Source of the DNA: Pseudomonadota bacterium
GTDB lineage: Bacteria > Pseudomonadota > Alphaproteobacteria > Rhizobiales > Beijerinckiaceae
Direction of reading: 5' to 3'
Length of the DNA: 64,000 bases
Assembly (NCBI GenBank): GCA_021813805.1
Contig: JAKAJL010000009.1
Coordinates: 27,594 to 91,593 of the forward strand
Below are positions 49,456 through 61,902 of this stretch, one piece after another. Below the pieces are notes generated by a model. It ran no database searches and was not told the DNA's origin. It saw only the letters and a program-made list of their open reading frames with translations. A program made the position numbers and the translations under genes. Positions within the stretch are counted from its first letter, which is position 1. The number at the start of each line of letters is the position of its first letter.

Positions 49456-50688
49456 TCAAGGCTCCGTGGCGGGGGCCGACGCCTTGGCGGCCGTCCTCTT
49501 TTCGATCGCTCGCATCGCCGAATTGACGCCCTTGTGGAAAAGCTGGACGCCGAGTTCGAAGGCGGCGTCCTTGGCGCGCTGGGTCAGCGGCCCCTGATCG
49601 TCGGCGCGCGCCGCCTTGAGCGGCAGGTCGAGCACGAGACTGGCGCCCTGATAGACCTTAAGCCGCGCCACGGTCTTGCCCGCAGCGACCGGAGCGATCA
49701 GCGGCCCCATATAGGTAATCTTGCCGGTGAGCCGTTCCGGCGAGCCGCGCGGGGTCATCACCCGGACCGGGGCGTCGGAGACCAGCGGAACCTCGCTCGT
49801 CGCCCCGCCATAGACCTTGGCGGTCCCCACCGTTTCGTTGGGCTTGAAAAGGGTTCTGACGTCGAAGCCATGGAAGCCCCAGTTGAACAAGCGGCGCGCC
49901 TCTTCGGCGCGCTCCTTGGCCGTCTTGGCCCCGAGAACCACCACGATCAGCCTTCGCCCCTCGTAAACCGCCGAACCCACGATATTGTAGTCGCCGTCCT
50001 TCTCGTTGCCGACTTTGAGGCCGTCGCCATTGACGTCCATGAACAGGATGGGATTTCGGTTGAGCTGGCGCACCTTGCTCCAGGTGAACTCCTTTTCCCC
50101 GAAAAAATGATAATAATCGGGATAGGCTTTGATGATGTGCTCGGCGAGAATCGCCATATCCCGCGCGGTCGTCACCTGCGCCGGATCCGCGCCGCCCCAG
50201 GGGTCGGTGAAATGCGACCCGGACATTCCGAGTTCGGCGGCGCGGACATTCATCATCGCCGCGAAATTCTGTTCCGATCCGCCGAGGCCCTCTGCCAGAG
50301 CGACCGCCGCATCATTGCCCGACTGCACGATCAGCCCGCGCAGCAGATCCTCGACCCGGACATTGGTGTTGACGCGCGCGAACATTGTGCCGCCGCGGCT
50401 GCCGGTCTTCCATGCGTTTTCCGAAATGTAGAACTGGGTGTCGAGAGTGATCGAGCCCTTCTTGAGATCGCGGAACACCAGCTCCGCCGTCATCAGCTTG
50501 GCCAGCGAGGCCGGCGGGGTCGGATCATTGGCGCCCTTTTCGTAAAGCACCGACTGGGTGTCGTAATCCATCACCACCGCGTGCGGCGCGATGGTCGAAA
50601 TCGTTTGCGCCAGCGCCACGAACGACGGGCCGGCGAAGGCAAGGGCCAACAGAAGCCGAAAAATAAGGGGCGGGAAACGGAAAACCAC
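49456..50688 (-). CDS. D-alanyl-D-alanine carboxypeptidase (PBP5/6 family)
   Basis: PASLAKLMT (SxxK), SGNDAA, KVG in place of KTG; signal peptide. Confidence 0.9.
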   Translation of the reverse strand: MVFRFPPLIFRLLLALAFAGPSFVALAQTISTIAPHAVVMDYDTQSVLYEKGANDPTPPASLAKLMTAELVFRDLKKGSITLDTQFYISENAWKTGSRGGTMFARVNTNVRVEDLLRGLIVQSGNDAAVALAEGLGGSEQNFAAMMNVRAAELGMSGSHFTDPWGGADPAQVTTARDMAILAEHIIKAYPDYYHFFGEKEFTWSKVRQLNRNPILFMDVNGDGLKVGNEKDGDYNIVGSAVYEGRRLIVVVLGAKTAKERAEEARRLFNWGFHGFDVRTLFKPNETVGTAKVYGGATSEVPLVSDAPVRVMTPRGSPERLTGKITYMGPLIAPVAAGKTVARLKVYQGASLVLDLPLKAARADDQGPLTQRAKDAAFELGVQLFHKGVNSAMRAIEKRTAAKASAPATEP

Positions 50689-50774
50689 TTAGGCCTCAAG
50701 GGAACGCAACAGCGCATCGGTCCGACAAATAGCCCCTTTCCGCGCGCGACGCCAGAGCGCGGTCCGCTCTGCGC

Positions 50775-51770
50775 TTACTGGTCCGCGAGGTTGCCGCCGC
50801 GATTGCTCTGGAGACGGAACGGGCGCTGCGGCGGCAAGGGCGGGTCCTTGGGCAAGGGATTTCTGGTGGCCGACGCGGCAGAGCCGAAATCCTCGGCCAT
50901 GGCGAGGCGCTGCGGCGGTTCGGGCGGCAGCGGCGCGTCAACCAGCCGCTCCGCGGTCGAGCGGATGCGCGGCGGCGGCGGCGGAGCGGCGACGGGCTCG
51001 TCGCGCATCGCAAGGCGCTGCTCGTCGCGGTTCGGCGCTGCGGCAGGCGGCAGGTCGCGCCGTTCGGCGACCTCCGTCGACGAAAACGCGAAATCGTCGA
51101 GCCGGGCCGGAGCGCCATCGTAGCGCAGGGTCGCGATCAATTTGCGGTCGTCCGACCCCTGGAGCGAGGCGCGGCCGACATATTCGACCTTGACCTTGGC
51201 GGTGCCCACGGATTTGAAGCCGAGCGCCTCCGCCGCGCGGGCCGAGAGGTCCATCAGCCGCCCGGTGTGATAGGGGCCACGGTCGTTGACGCGCACGATC
51301 ATCGAACGGTGATTGCGAAGGTTGGTGACGCGCGCATAGCTCGGCAAAGGCATGGTCGGATGGGCGGCGGTGATCGCATTGCGGTCGTAAACCTCGCCAT
51401 TGGCGGTGCGGCGGCCATGGAAGGCGTCGCCATACCAGGAGGCGAGGCCGACCGCCGTATATCGGCCTTCGTGGGGCACATAGGTGCGGCCGGCGATGGT
51501 GTAGGGCTGGCCCACCAGGTAACGGCCGCCGCCCTTGGGCACGTCCTGTCCGTCCGCGACGACTCGTTCGCTCGCGCGGCCATAGATGCTTTCGGGGAAA
51601 TATTCTTTGCCGTGGCGGGCGAGATGCCTCGGCGACTGGGCGCAGCCGGCCATGGCGAGAGCGCCGGCGAGCGCGAGGATGGGCCCTGCTTTCACGCGAC
51701 GGACGCAGACGCCGAGGTCTTGCCGCGCCGCGCGGATCTGCGCGAGGAAAAGAAGGGGCGTTATGGTCAC
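50775..51770 (-). CDS. rlpA: Septal ring lytic transglycosylase RlpA-family lipoprotein
   Basis: Lipobox-like LAMAGC, GLASWYG, TANGE.Y, AAHPTMPLPS, RVNDRGP, DLS; start uncertain. Confidence 0.88.
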   Translation of the reverse strand: MTITPLLFLAQIRAARQDLGVCVRRVKAGPILALAGALAMAGCAQSPRHLARHGKEYFPESIYGRASERVVADGQDVPKGGGRYLVGQPYTIAGRTYVPHEGRYTAVGLASWYGDAFHGRRTANGEVYDRNAITAAHPTMPLPSYARVTNLRNHRSMIVRVNDRGPYHTGRLMDLSARAAEALGFKSVGTAKVKVEYVGRASLQGSDDRKLIATLRYDGAPARLDDFAFSSTEVAERRDLPPAAAPNRDEQRLAMRDEPVAAPPPPPRIRSTAERLVDAPLPPEPPQRLAMAEDFGSAASATRNPLPKDPPLPPQRPFRLQSNRGGNLADQ

Positions 51771-51909
51771 TGGCCTTTTGTCCTTTTTTTCGCCACGCCC
51801 GCGCGGCCTTTCGGGCCGCCGGCGCGCCGAAGCGGAAGCCGTTCTGCCGTGAAACAACTTCGTCCGCGACAATGCGGGGGGAACATTGCCAAAAGATTGA
51901 ATTGAATGG

Positions 51910-51924
51910 TTAACCGCTTCTTAG
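51910..51924. promoter_or_regulatory. Near-consensus CtrA box upstream of rlpA-dac-tmk-holB
   Basis: TTAACCGCTTCTTAG (1 mismatch). Confidence 0.45.
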
Positions 51925-52051
51925 GCTTGTCGAGATGAAGACACGCCATCCGATCACGGGTCCGTGAATGACCTCTAGCATGGCATTAACATTTTGTCAT
52001 AATTGGGGCGCAGGCGCCGTTCCCGCTAAACGGTGGAAGCTTAGTTCCGGC

Positions 52052-54798
<2,747 letters not shown>

Positions 54799-54800
54799 TC

Positions 54801-55262
54801 ATGGTCAAGACCCACGACGGCGCCGGGCTTCTCGGCGCGCCGGCGAAGACGCCGCGGAGCCCGGACGAGGCGGTGCTCGACCGCGTGCCCAATCCGCACG
54901 CGGATATCGATTATGTCGCGCGCTTCACCCAGCCGGAATTCACATCTCTTTGTCCGGTCACCGGCCAGCCCGATTTCGCCCATCTGGTGATAGATTATGT
55001 TCCAGATAAATGGCTAGTTGAATCAAAGTCTTTTAAGCTATATCTTACCTCGTTTCGCAACCACGGCGCTTTTCATGAGGCCTGCACGGTCCGCATCGCC
55101 AAGGATCTGGTGGCGGCGCTGGCGCCGCGCTGGCTGCGCATCGGCGGCTATTGGTACCCGCGCGGCGGCATGCCGATCGACGTGTTCTGGCAGACGGCCG
55201 AGCCGCCGAAAGGCTTGTGGCTGCCGGACCAGGGGGTCGCGCCCTATCGCGGCCGGGGCTGA
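54801..55262 (+). CDS. queF: NADPH-dependent 7-cyano-7-deazaguanine reductase (preQ1 synthase)
   Basis: [31 protein letters not shown]. Confidence 0.95.
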   Translation: MVKTHDGAGLLGAPAKTPRSPDEAVLDRVPNPHADIDYVARFTQPEFTSLCPVTGQPDFAHLVIDYVPDKWLVESKSFKLYLTSFRNHGAFHEACTVRIAKDLVAALAPRWLRIGGYWYPRGGMPIDVFWQTAEPPKGLWLPDQGVAPYRGRG

Positions 55263-55331
55263 CGCCTAAGGAGTGCGTTCACTGTTTCCAACAGTACGAA
55301 AGATCATGTCGTGCAAAAGGGATAATGGAGA

Positions 55332-56198
55332 ATGAATTTTAATGATTTGCTTTGCAAAGCGAACGTTACTCCATCTGACGTTTTAGTCTTTCGGCATAGG
55401 CCGAAGGAGCCGCAGTTAAGACGCGTACTGCCATGGTTGGCTGGCGCTAAACCCGAATTATACAATGCGTTTCAGCGTTCGCAGGGTCCTGCGGCTGAAG
55501 CAGCCATGCTTAAGGCCAAATACATTGCGTCCTTCGTCGGCACTGACACGGGAAAGGCCGTTTTTGTCGGACTCTACAAAAAGGAGAGCTGGCGTTCGAT
55601 CACGAGGGAAGAATTTTTGGCAATTCCTGAAAATCAAGCCTTGATTGAGCTCGGCATGGAAGGTTTCGATGACGACTGGGAAAGCACAATCTGGTTTGAG
55701 CTTGTTCCTATGGATTTTTATCATGAATGGGCGGGACGCCTGCAAATTGATTGGCCAGGCGGCGAGAGATCGTGGTGGCGCTGGGCTGAGCGCAATACAT
55801 TTAAAATCAATTGCATCTCTTCTGATAGCCTATTTGAGCCCGGTATGCCCGCCTGGGACGAGCTTTGCCTAAGCATTGCAGAGTTGCGGAACCTTCCACA
55901 GCGATGGCGCGACACGCTTACGCAATGGCGCGGTATTTATATGATATTCGACGCAAGCGAGAAAAAGGGCTACGTTGGATCAGCATACGGAGCTGAAAAC
56001 CTCCTCGGACGTTGGTTGTCTTACGCTGCTACGGGACACGGCGGCAACAAAGAATTAAAGGACCTTTCTCCGGCAAATTTCCTCTTCACGATATTGCAGC
56101 GGGTTTCGCCCGACATGGATGCAAACGATGTGATCAGGCTGGAAGGAACTTGGAAACAACGCCTGCACACCCGAGAGTTCGGCCTCAACCGGAACTAA
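55332..56198 (+). CDS. GIY-YIG nuclease-family protein with uncharacterised N-terminal domain
   Basis: GIYMI...YVGSA...GRW..Y...E..WK..L...N; GGAG RBS; AT-richer than neighbours. Confidence 0.85.
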   Translation: MNFNDLLCKANVTPSDVLVFRHRPKEPQLRRVLPWLAGAKPELYNAFQRSQGPAAEAAMLKAKYIASFVGTDTGKAVFVGLYKKESWRSITREEFLAIPENQALIELGMEGFDDDWESTIWFELVPMDFYHEWAGRLQIDWPGGERSWWRWAERNTFKINCISSDSLFEPGMPAWDELCLSIAELRNLPQRWRDTLTQWRGIYMIFDASEKKGYVGSAYGAENLLGRWLSYAATGHGGNKELKDLSPANFLFTILQRVSPDMDANDVIRLEGTWKQRLHTREFGLNRN

Positions 56199-56225
56199 GT
56201 CGCGCCAGCCAACGAACGTCAGCAA

Positions 56226-57389
56226 TCAGCGATGACGCCGGAACGGACCCATCAGCGCGGCGGCCAGGCCGAGAAAAGCCAGGAACAGCATGGCAAGGGC
56301 GTCGAACAGGCCGCGCGGCGACGCCAGATCGAGGCCGACGCCGAGCATCGGCGGCCCGGCCATCATGCCGAGCGAATACATCATGATATAGGCGGCGTTG
56401 GCCGAGGCGAGCCGCGCGCCCTGGAATTTGTCGGCGAGCAGCGCCAGGCCGACCGTATAGATGCCGCCGACCACCCCGCCCCAAACGAAAAGCCCCGTTC
56501 CATAGGCGGCGCGGTCGGCGACAAAGGCCGGAAGGGCGAGCGCCCCGGCGAAGCCGAACAGGGCGAAAAGCACGAGCAGCCGGCTTTTCCTGGTCCGGTC
56601 GGCAAGCATGCCGAGCGGCACGGGAAAGACCACATTGCCGAAAGCCACCAAGGTGAGTTGGAAGGTCGCCCAGGCCGGCGGAAAGCCCGCGCGCAGCCCG
56701 AAGACCGGCAGCAGGCCGTTGAGCCCGGTCTCGAACGCCCCATACAACAAGCCCGCGGCGAGCGCGAGCGGCGCGGAAGAGAAAATCGCCCGCAGATTAG
56801 GCCAGCCCGGCCCTTCGATCTTCGCCGCCGCCTCGGCGCCCGCCACGACGACCGGAACCGCGGCGGCGGCGACGAGCGCCGCCGCAATCAGGAAGGGCAG
56901 AAGCCCTTTGGCGCCGGTGACGCTGAGGAGGGCCGGGCCCAGCGCGAAGCCGGCCGCCAGAAATGTTGCGTACAGACCAAGGATAGCTCCCCGCCGCGCC
57001 GGCGGCGCCGCGGCGCTGATCCAGAATTCGCTAACCACGAAAATAATTGTGAGCGACAGGCCAAACAGAGCCCTGAGCCCCAGCCAGACCCGATAATCGC
57101 CGCAAAAGGCGAAGCCGAGCAGCGCCGCGACCGCAAGGGCGATCGCCAGCAAAAGGAGACGCCGGACGCCGAACATGCGCGCCAGAACCGGCGTCAAAGG
57201 CGCGCCAATCAAGGTCGCGAGCCCGCTCACCGCGATGTGCAGCCCATTGACATGCGCCGGAAAGCCGGCGGCTTCGAGCCGCAGGGCGAGCAGCGGAATA
57301 ACCAGGGAGAGCCCGATTCCGACGATCGAAACGCAGGAAATCGCTGCGGTCAGGGATCTTGCGGCGCGCGAATCACAAGTGGACAACAT
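56226..57389 (-). CDS. MFS transporter
   Basis: About 12 hydrophobic helices, G.LR.LFG...SE.WI, RRG..LG.Y, G.LADR. Confidence 0.88.
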   Translation of the reverse strand: MLSTCDSRAARSLTAAISCVSIVGIGLSLVIPLLALRLEAAGFPAHVNGLHIAVSGLATLIGAPLTPVLARMFGVRRLLLLAIALAVAALLGFAFCGDYRVWLGLRALFGLSLTIIFVVSEFWISAAAPPARRGAILGLYATFLAAGFALGPALLSVTGAKGLLPFLIAAALVAAAAVPVVVAGAEAAAKIEGPGWPNLRAIFSSAPLALAAGLLYGAFETGLNGLLPVFGLRAGFPPAWATFQLTLVAFGNVVFPVPLGMLADRTRKSRLLVLFALFGFAGALALPAFVADRAAYGTGLFVWGGVVGGIYTVGLALLADKFQGARLASANAAYIMMYSLGMMAGPPMLGVGLDLASPRGLFDALAMLFLAFLGLAAALMGPFRRHR

Positions 57390-57628
57390 GAGACGGTATA
57401 AGCTATGTTTTCGCGTCGGACCAAAGCCGACGCGTCCCGGAAGGGGGCATTGCGCGGCGGTTGCATCGGGCCAAAAAAAAAGCTGCAGACCCGAAATTTG
57501 GTCTAGACGGATGCGACATATTCATATATTCGTATCCTTGCAATGCAATGAGCGACCAAAAGTCGCGCGGTTCAGCAAAAGAGTTAAAAGCTCGGGCTGA
57601 TATCACAGTCGAAACCGGGAGGGTTTCA

Positions 57629-58039
57629 ATGCGTTTGATCAAGATGGCCGCTCTTGCGGCGGGAATGAGCATGATCGCCGGGGTCGCCCTGGCGCAGACT
57701 GCGGCTGCTCCGGCTCAGGCGCCGGCTGCGCAGGCTCCGGCCGCCGCGGCGCCGGTTGCGCCGCCGCCGGGCTATGGCTATCCGCCGCCCTACGCCTATG
57801 GCTACGGCCCCTATGGCTATAATGACTACGACTACTATCGCGGCTATGGCCGTGGTTATGGCCGCGGTTATGGCCATGGTCACGGACGCGGCCACATGAA
57901 CTTCAGCATGGGCGGCGGCGGCGACACCGACACCGATTGGCGCGGTCGCGGCCACGGCTATGGCGATCGTTACGATGACGATGGCGGCTGGGGTCCGTGG
58001 GGCGGCCGCCGTGGCGGCTGGGGTCCGTGGGACTGGTGA
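57629..58039 (+). CDS. Secreted Gly/Tyr/Pro/Trp-rich low-complexity protein, sulfur-globule-protein-like
   Basis: GGGAGG RBS, signal peptide ending ALA-Q, APAA/PPGYGY/RGYG repeats, MNFSMGGGG, GGWGPW x2. Confidence 0.8.
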   Translation: MRLIKMAALAAGMSMIAGVALAQTAAAPAQAPAAQAPAAAAPVAPPPGYGYPPPYAYGYGPYGYNDYDYYRGYGRGYGRGYGHGHGRGHMNFSMGGGGDTDTDWRGRGHGYGDRYDDDGGWGPWGGRRGGWGPWDW

Positions 58040-58179
58040 TAAGCTGATCGCTTGCGCCGCGGCGCGTTTCCCCGGAAACGCATCGCGGCCAGGGGAGGAG
58101 CGATAAGCGTAACCAGAGTAGGTTGAGTGCGCGTATATGAGTATGGGGCGGAGACGCCTCCGCTCAACCCGGAATGATG

Positions 58180-58226
58180 AAAGCCGCTCTCAATGGGCGG
58201 CTTTTGTTTTGGGCGGCTTTTGTTTT
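58180..58226. terminator. Intrinsic terminator with a duplicated 3' arm
   Basis: AAAGCCGCTC-tcaat-GGGCGGCTTT then TGTTTT; GGGCGGCTTTTGTTTT repeated at 58195 and 58211. Confidence 0.75.
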
Positions 58227-58231
58227 GCTTG

Positions 58232-58945
58232 CTATAATTCGTCCCGCCGCCATTCGCCCCGGCTGAGGCGAAAGAAGGGCGTCGGCAGGAATGGGCTCAT
58301 TCGAGCGTCCAGCCGCGCCCGCAGCTCGTCCAGCACCGTACGCGTCACGCCGTGCAGGTCGAGTTTCCCCGCCTCATCGAGCCGCGCCCAGACCAGCTCC
58401 ACCAGTTCGGCTTCCGCATGGACCACGCTGTCGCATCGCGCGCACACGTTTTTGGCGTCGGTCGCGAAAAATCGCGTGTCGAATCTTTTGGGCAGGAACG
58501 GCGGGGTGATGGCGCGGGCGATGAAATGAAGCTCCTGGAGATCGGGCAGACATTCATGGGCGGCGTAAGGCCGCCAGACCGCGGGCGGTCTGACCGGCCC
58601 GCCATAATCGCGCAGGCCGACCACGAGCCCGGTCTCCTCGAACATTTCGCGAATTGCGGCAAGAGCCAGCGCCCGGGCGAATGTGGGGTCGGGATCGGCG
58701 CGGCCCTTGAGCAGCCGCGCCTCGACCCGGGCGTCGAGCGGCCCGGCGATGGTCATGCGCCGGTCGCCCGGCTCCAGCCGCCCGCCGGGAAAAACGAATC
58801 TGCCCGGCATGAATTTCAGCGCCGCATGGCGTCGGCCCAGCAGGATTCTGGGATTTTTCCGGCCCATGCCGTCAATGAGGATCAGCGCCGCCGAGTCGCG
58901 GGGCCGCACAGCCCGCTTTTTTGCCTCGCCTTCGGCCGCGCTCAT
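58232..58945 (-). CDS. NUDIX hydrolase
   Basis: RPRDSAALI, VFPGG, AAIREMFEETG, RFDTRFF; ATGA overlap with rnr. Confidence 0.9.
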   Translation of the reverse strand: MSAAEGEAKKRAVRPRDSAALILIDGMGRKNPRILLGRRHAALKFMPGRFVFPGGRLEPGDRRMTIAGPLDARVEARLLKGRADPDPTFARALALAAIREMFEETGLVVGLRDYGGPVRPPAVWRPYAAHECLPDLQELHFIARAITPPFLPKRFDTRFFATDAKNVCARCDSVVHAEAELVELVWARLDEAGKLDLHGVTRTVLDELRARLDARMSPFLPTPFFRLSRGEWRRDEL

Positions 58946-61263
58946 GCGCGCGCCCGCCGCCGCGAGGCCTTCGCTGGCGATTTTTTGGCCTTCGCCCGCG
59001 CCGCCTTGGCTTTCAGCGCGGTGGCGCGGCCGACTCGCGGCTTGCCTTCGCTCAGCACTTCGAAGCGCAGCGCGCCGGCGAAAGGCGCGGCCTCGACCAG
59101 GCGCACCGTCACCGCGTCGCCGAGCTGAAAGCTCTCGCCCGAGCGCGCGCCGACCAGCGCCATATGCGCTTCCTCGAAGCGGAAATAATCCGCGCCGAGC
59201 GTTCCGGCCGGCACGAATCCGTCGGCGCCCGTCTCGCTCAATTTCACGAACAGGCCAGAGGGGGTGACGCCGGCGATGCGGCCGTCGAAACTCGCGCCGA
59301 TCTTGTCGGAAAGAAAGACCGCGATCAGCCGGTCGGCCGTCTCGCGCTCGGCGGCCATGGCGCGGCGCTCGCAAGCCGAAATCCGCGCCGCGATCTCGGC
59401 CAGATGCTCGCGGCTCATTTCGGGCAGGCCGCCAGGGCCGAGGTCGAGCGCCCGCACCAGAGCGCGATGGACGATCAGATCGGCATAGCGGCGGATCGGC
59501 GAGGTGAAATGGGCGTAGCGCCGCAGATGCAGGCCGAAATGGCCATAATTCTCCGCCACATATTCGGCCTGCGCCTGGGTCCGCAGCACGATCTCGTTGA
59601 CCACGTTCTCGTGCGCCGTGCCGCGCACCCTGTCGAGGATGGCGTTGAACTGCATGGGCTTGAGCACTTGGCCCTTGGCGAGCTTGATCCCGATCGTCGC
59701 CAGAAATTCCGAAAGCGCGTTGAGCTTTTCAACCGAAGGCTCGTCATGGGCGCGATAGATGAGATGCGACTTTTGCGCCTCAAGCGTCTCGGCGGCGGCG
59801 ACATTGGCGAGGATCATGAATTCCTCGATCAATTTATGGGCGTCGAGTCGCGGCGGCGTCAGCACCCGGTCCACCGTCCCGTCCGGCTTCAAGATAATCT
59901 TGCGCTCGGGCAGATCGAGATCGAGCGGCGAGCGTTTTTCGCGCGCGATCTTCGTCGCCTGATGGGCCCGCCACAGGGGCCTCAGAACCTCGTCGAGCAG
60001 CGGCGCGGTCGTCGCGTCCGGACGGCCGTCGACGGCGTCCTGCGCCTGCTGGTAGGAAAGTTTCGCCGCCGAGCGCATCATCACGCGATGAAAGCTGTGG
60101 TCGATCTTGCGGCCGTCCTTGCCGATCCGCATCCGGCAGGCCAGCGCCGGCCGGTCCTCGCCCTCGCGCAGCGAACACAGGTCGTTGGAAATGCGCTCGG
60201 GCAGCATGGGCACGACCCGATCGGGGAAATAGACCGAATTACCGCGATCGAGAGCCTCGCGATCGAGCGCGGCGCCCGGCCGCACATACCAGCTGACGTC
60301 GGCTATGGCGACGGTGATGACGAAACCGTTCGCGTTGTCCGGCGAGTCGTCGGGCGCGGCGTGGACGGCGTCGTCATGGTCCTTTGCGTCAGGCGGGTCG
60401 ATGGTGACCATCGGCAGCGAACGCCAATCCTCGCGAAGAAAGCCCTCCGCCTCGATCCGCGCCGGTTTGGCCCGTTCCGACGCCTCGATGGTCTCGGGCC
60501 GGAACACGTCCGGCAGGCCGTGGGCGTTGATGGCGATCAGGCTGATCGCCTTCTCGCTGCTCATCGAGCCCAGTCTTTCCCGCACTTTCGCCACCGGCAG
60601 GCCCAGCCGCCCTCGCGACAAGGTTTCGACGCTGACGAGATCGCCGTCGCGGGCTTCGCCACGGTCAGCCTCGGCGACGCGAAACTCCTTGTCGCGCAAT
60701 TTCTTTTCGACGGGAACGATGCGCCCGCCTCCGCCGCGCGGGTCCTCGCGGAATATGCCCAGCATGCGCCGCGCCGCGCGCGACAGAAGCTTGACCACCC
60801 TGCCCGAATAGCCTGGGCCGCCAGTCTCGCGCAAAGGCGCGACGCGCAGCAATGCGCGATCGCCGATCCCCGGCGCCGGATAGCCCGGACGCGGCTTTTT
60901 CGGCGCGAAAACGACAATGCGCGGCGCCGGTCCAAGGTCTTCCTCCCATTCGGCGGGCGCGGCGATCAGGTCGCCGTCGGGGTTGCGGGAGACGATGTCG
61001 GCGAGCACGATCTGCGGCAAGGCGCCCTTCTCGTGCAGGCCTTTGCGCGAGCGGCTGATCTCGCCCTCGATTTCCAGCTCCTTCAGAATCTTCTTCAGCA
61101 AAATCTTGTCGTCGCCGCGAATGCCGAAAGCGCGGGCGATTTCGCGTTTGCCGATCTTTGCGGGCGACGCTTCCCCCGAAGCCTGACGTTCGCGGGCGAT
61201 AAACGCGCGAATGTCCTCGCGGGACGGCATGGGGGGCTTTTGGGAGGCAGGTTTCTTCGTCAC
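58942..61263 (-). CDS. rnr: Ribonuclease R
   Basis: TIDP.DAKDHDDA, AIADV, RGNSVY, HFTSPIRRYAD, C-terminal S1. Confidence 0.95.
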   Translation of the reverse strand: MTKKPASQKPPMPSREDIRAFIARERQASGEASPAKIGKREIARAFGIRGDDKILLKKILKELEIEGEISRSRKGLHEKGALPQIVLADIVSRNPDGDLIAAPAEWEEDLGPAPRIVVFAPKKPRPGYPAPGIGDRALLRVAPLRETGGPGYSGRVVKLLSRAARRMLGIFREDPRGGGGRIVPVEKKLRDKEFRVAEADRGEARDGDLVSVETLSRGRLGLPVAKVRERLGSMSSEKAISLIAINAHGLPDVFRPETIEASERAKPARIEAEGFLREDWRSLPMVTIDPPDAKDHDDAVHAAPDDSPDNANGFVITVAIADVSWYVRPGAALDREALDRGNSVYFPDRVVPMLPERISNDLCSLREGEDRPALACRMRIGKDGRKIDHSFHRVMMRSAAKLSYQQAQDAVDGRPDATTAPLLDEVLRPLWRAHQATKIAREKRSPLDLDLPERKIILKPDGTVDRVLTPPRLDAHKLIEEFMILANVAAAETLEAQKSHLIYRAHDEPSVEKLNALSEFLATIGIKLAKGQVLKPMQFNAILDRVRGTAHENVVNEIVLRTQAQAEYVAENYGHFGLHLRRYAHFTSPIRRYADLIVHRALVRALDLGPGGLPEMSREHLAEIAARISACERRAMAAERETADRLIAVFLSDKIGASFDGRIAGVTPSGLFVKLSETGADGFVPAGTLGADYFRFEEAHMALVGARSGESFQLGDAVTVRLVEAAPFAGALRFEVLSEGKPRVGRATALKAKAARAKAKKSPAKASRRRARA

Positions 61264-61324
61264 CTCTGAAACATAGGATTTGTCGGTCCCGCCGTCATCC
61301 GCGAACTGTCTCGGCGCAAAGAAA

Positions 61325-61374
61325 ATCCCTCACCCGTCGTGGGGAGGGTGGCGAGTGAAACGAGCCGGGTGGAG
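61325..61374. repeat. REP/RIME-like palindromic intergenic repeat, copy 2
   Basis: atccctcacccgtcgtggggagggtggcgagtgaaacgagccgggtggag. Confidence 0.6.
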
Positions 61375-61395
61375 TTCCTGCCGCCGGCAAGCGGT

Positions 61396-61902
61396 TCACA
61401 GCCGCCTGCATATATCCATGGCGATGGCCTCAAAAGCCGCGGTGACGCCCTCGCCGGTCTTGGCGCTCGAAATCATCACATGTTCGGGGGCAAGGCCTCG
61501 GCAGTCGAATTTCGTCAGGTCGGGAACGCTGATATCGGTCTTGTTGACCACCGCCCGCACCGAACGGCCAGGCAAACGCGCCAGAAAATCGGCGGCGAGT
61601 TCGAACATCCTGTCGATGGTCGAAAGGCGCGAGGCGTCGGCGACCACCAGGGCGCCGGAAGCCCCGGCAAGATAGACCGATTTGAAAATATGCTGGCCGA
61701 AATCGCCGTCGGTGTCCCACAGCAGCAGGTTCGCGGCCACCGGGCCCGCCTCGGCGCTCAAGGTCAGCTGATGGGTCAGGATGTCAACGCCGATCGTGGT
61801 CTTGTAACCCGCATCGAACGTGCCGAACATTAGCCGCTTGGCGAGAGACGACTTCCCGACGCCGATATCGCCCATCAGCATCACTTTCGCCGAAAATTTC
61901 AA
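61396..61902 (-). CDS. Ras/Rab-like small GTPase
   Basis: G1 GDIGVGKS, G2 YKTTIG, G3 WDTDG, G4 NKTD, G5 SAK; TTG start overlaps upstream TGA. Confidence 0.88.
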   Translation of the reverse strand: MKFSAKVMLMGDIGVGKSSLAKRLMFGTFDAGYKTTIGVDILTHQLTLSAEAGPVAANLLLWDTDGDFGQHIFKSVYLAGASGALVVADASRLSTIDRMFELAADFLARLPGRSVRAVVNKTDISVPDLTKFDCRGLAPEHVMISSAKTGEGVTAAFEAIAMDICRRL

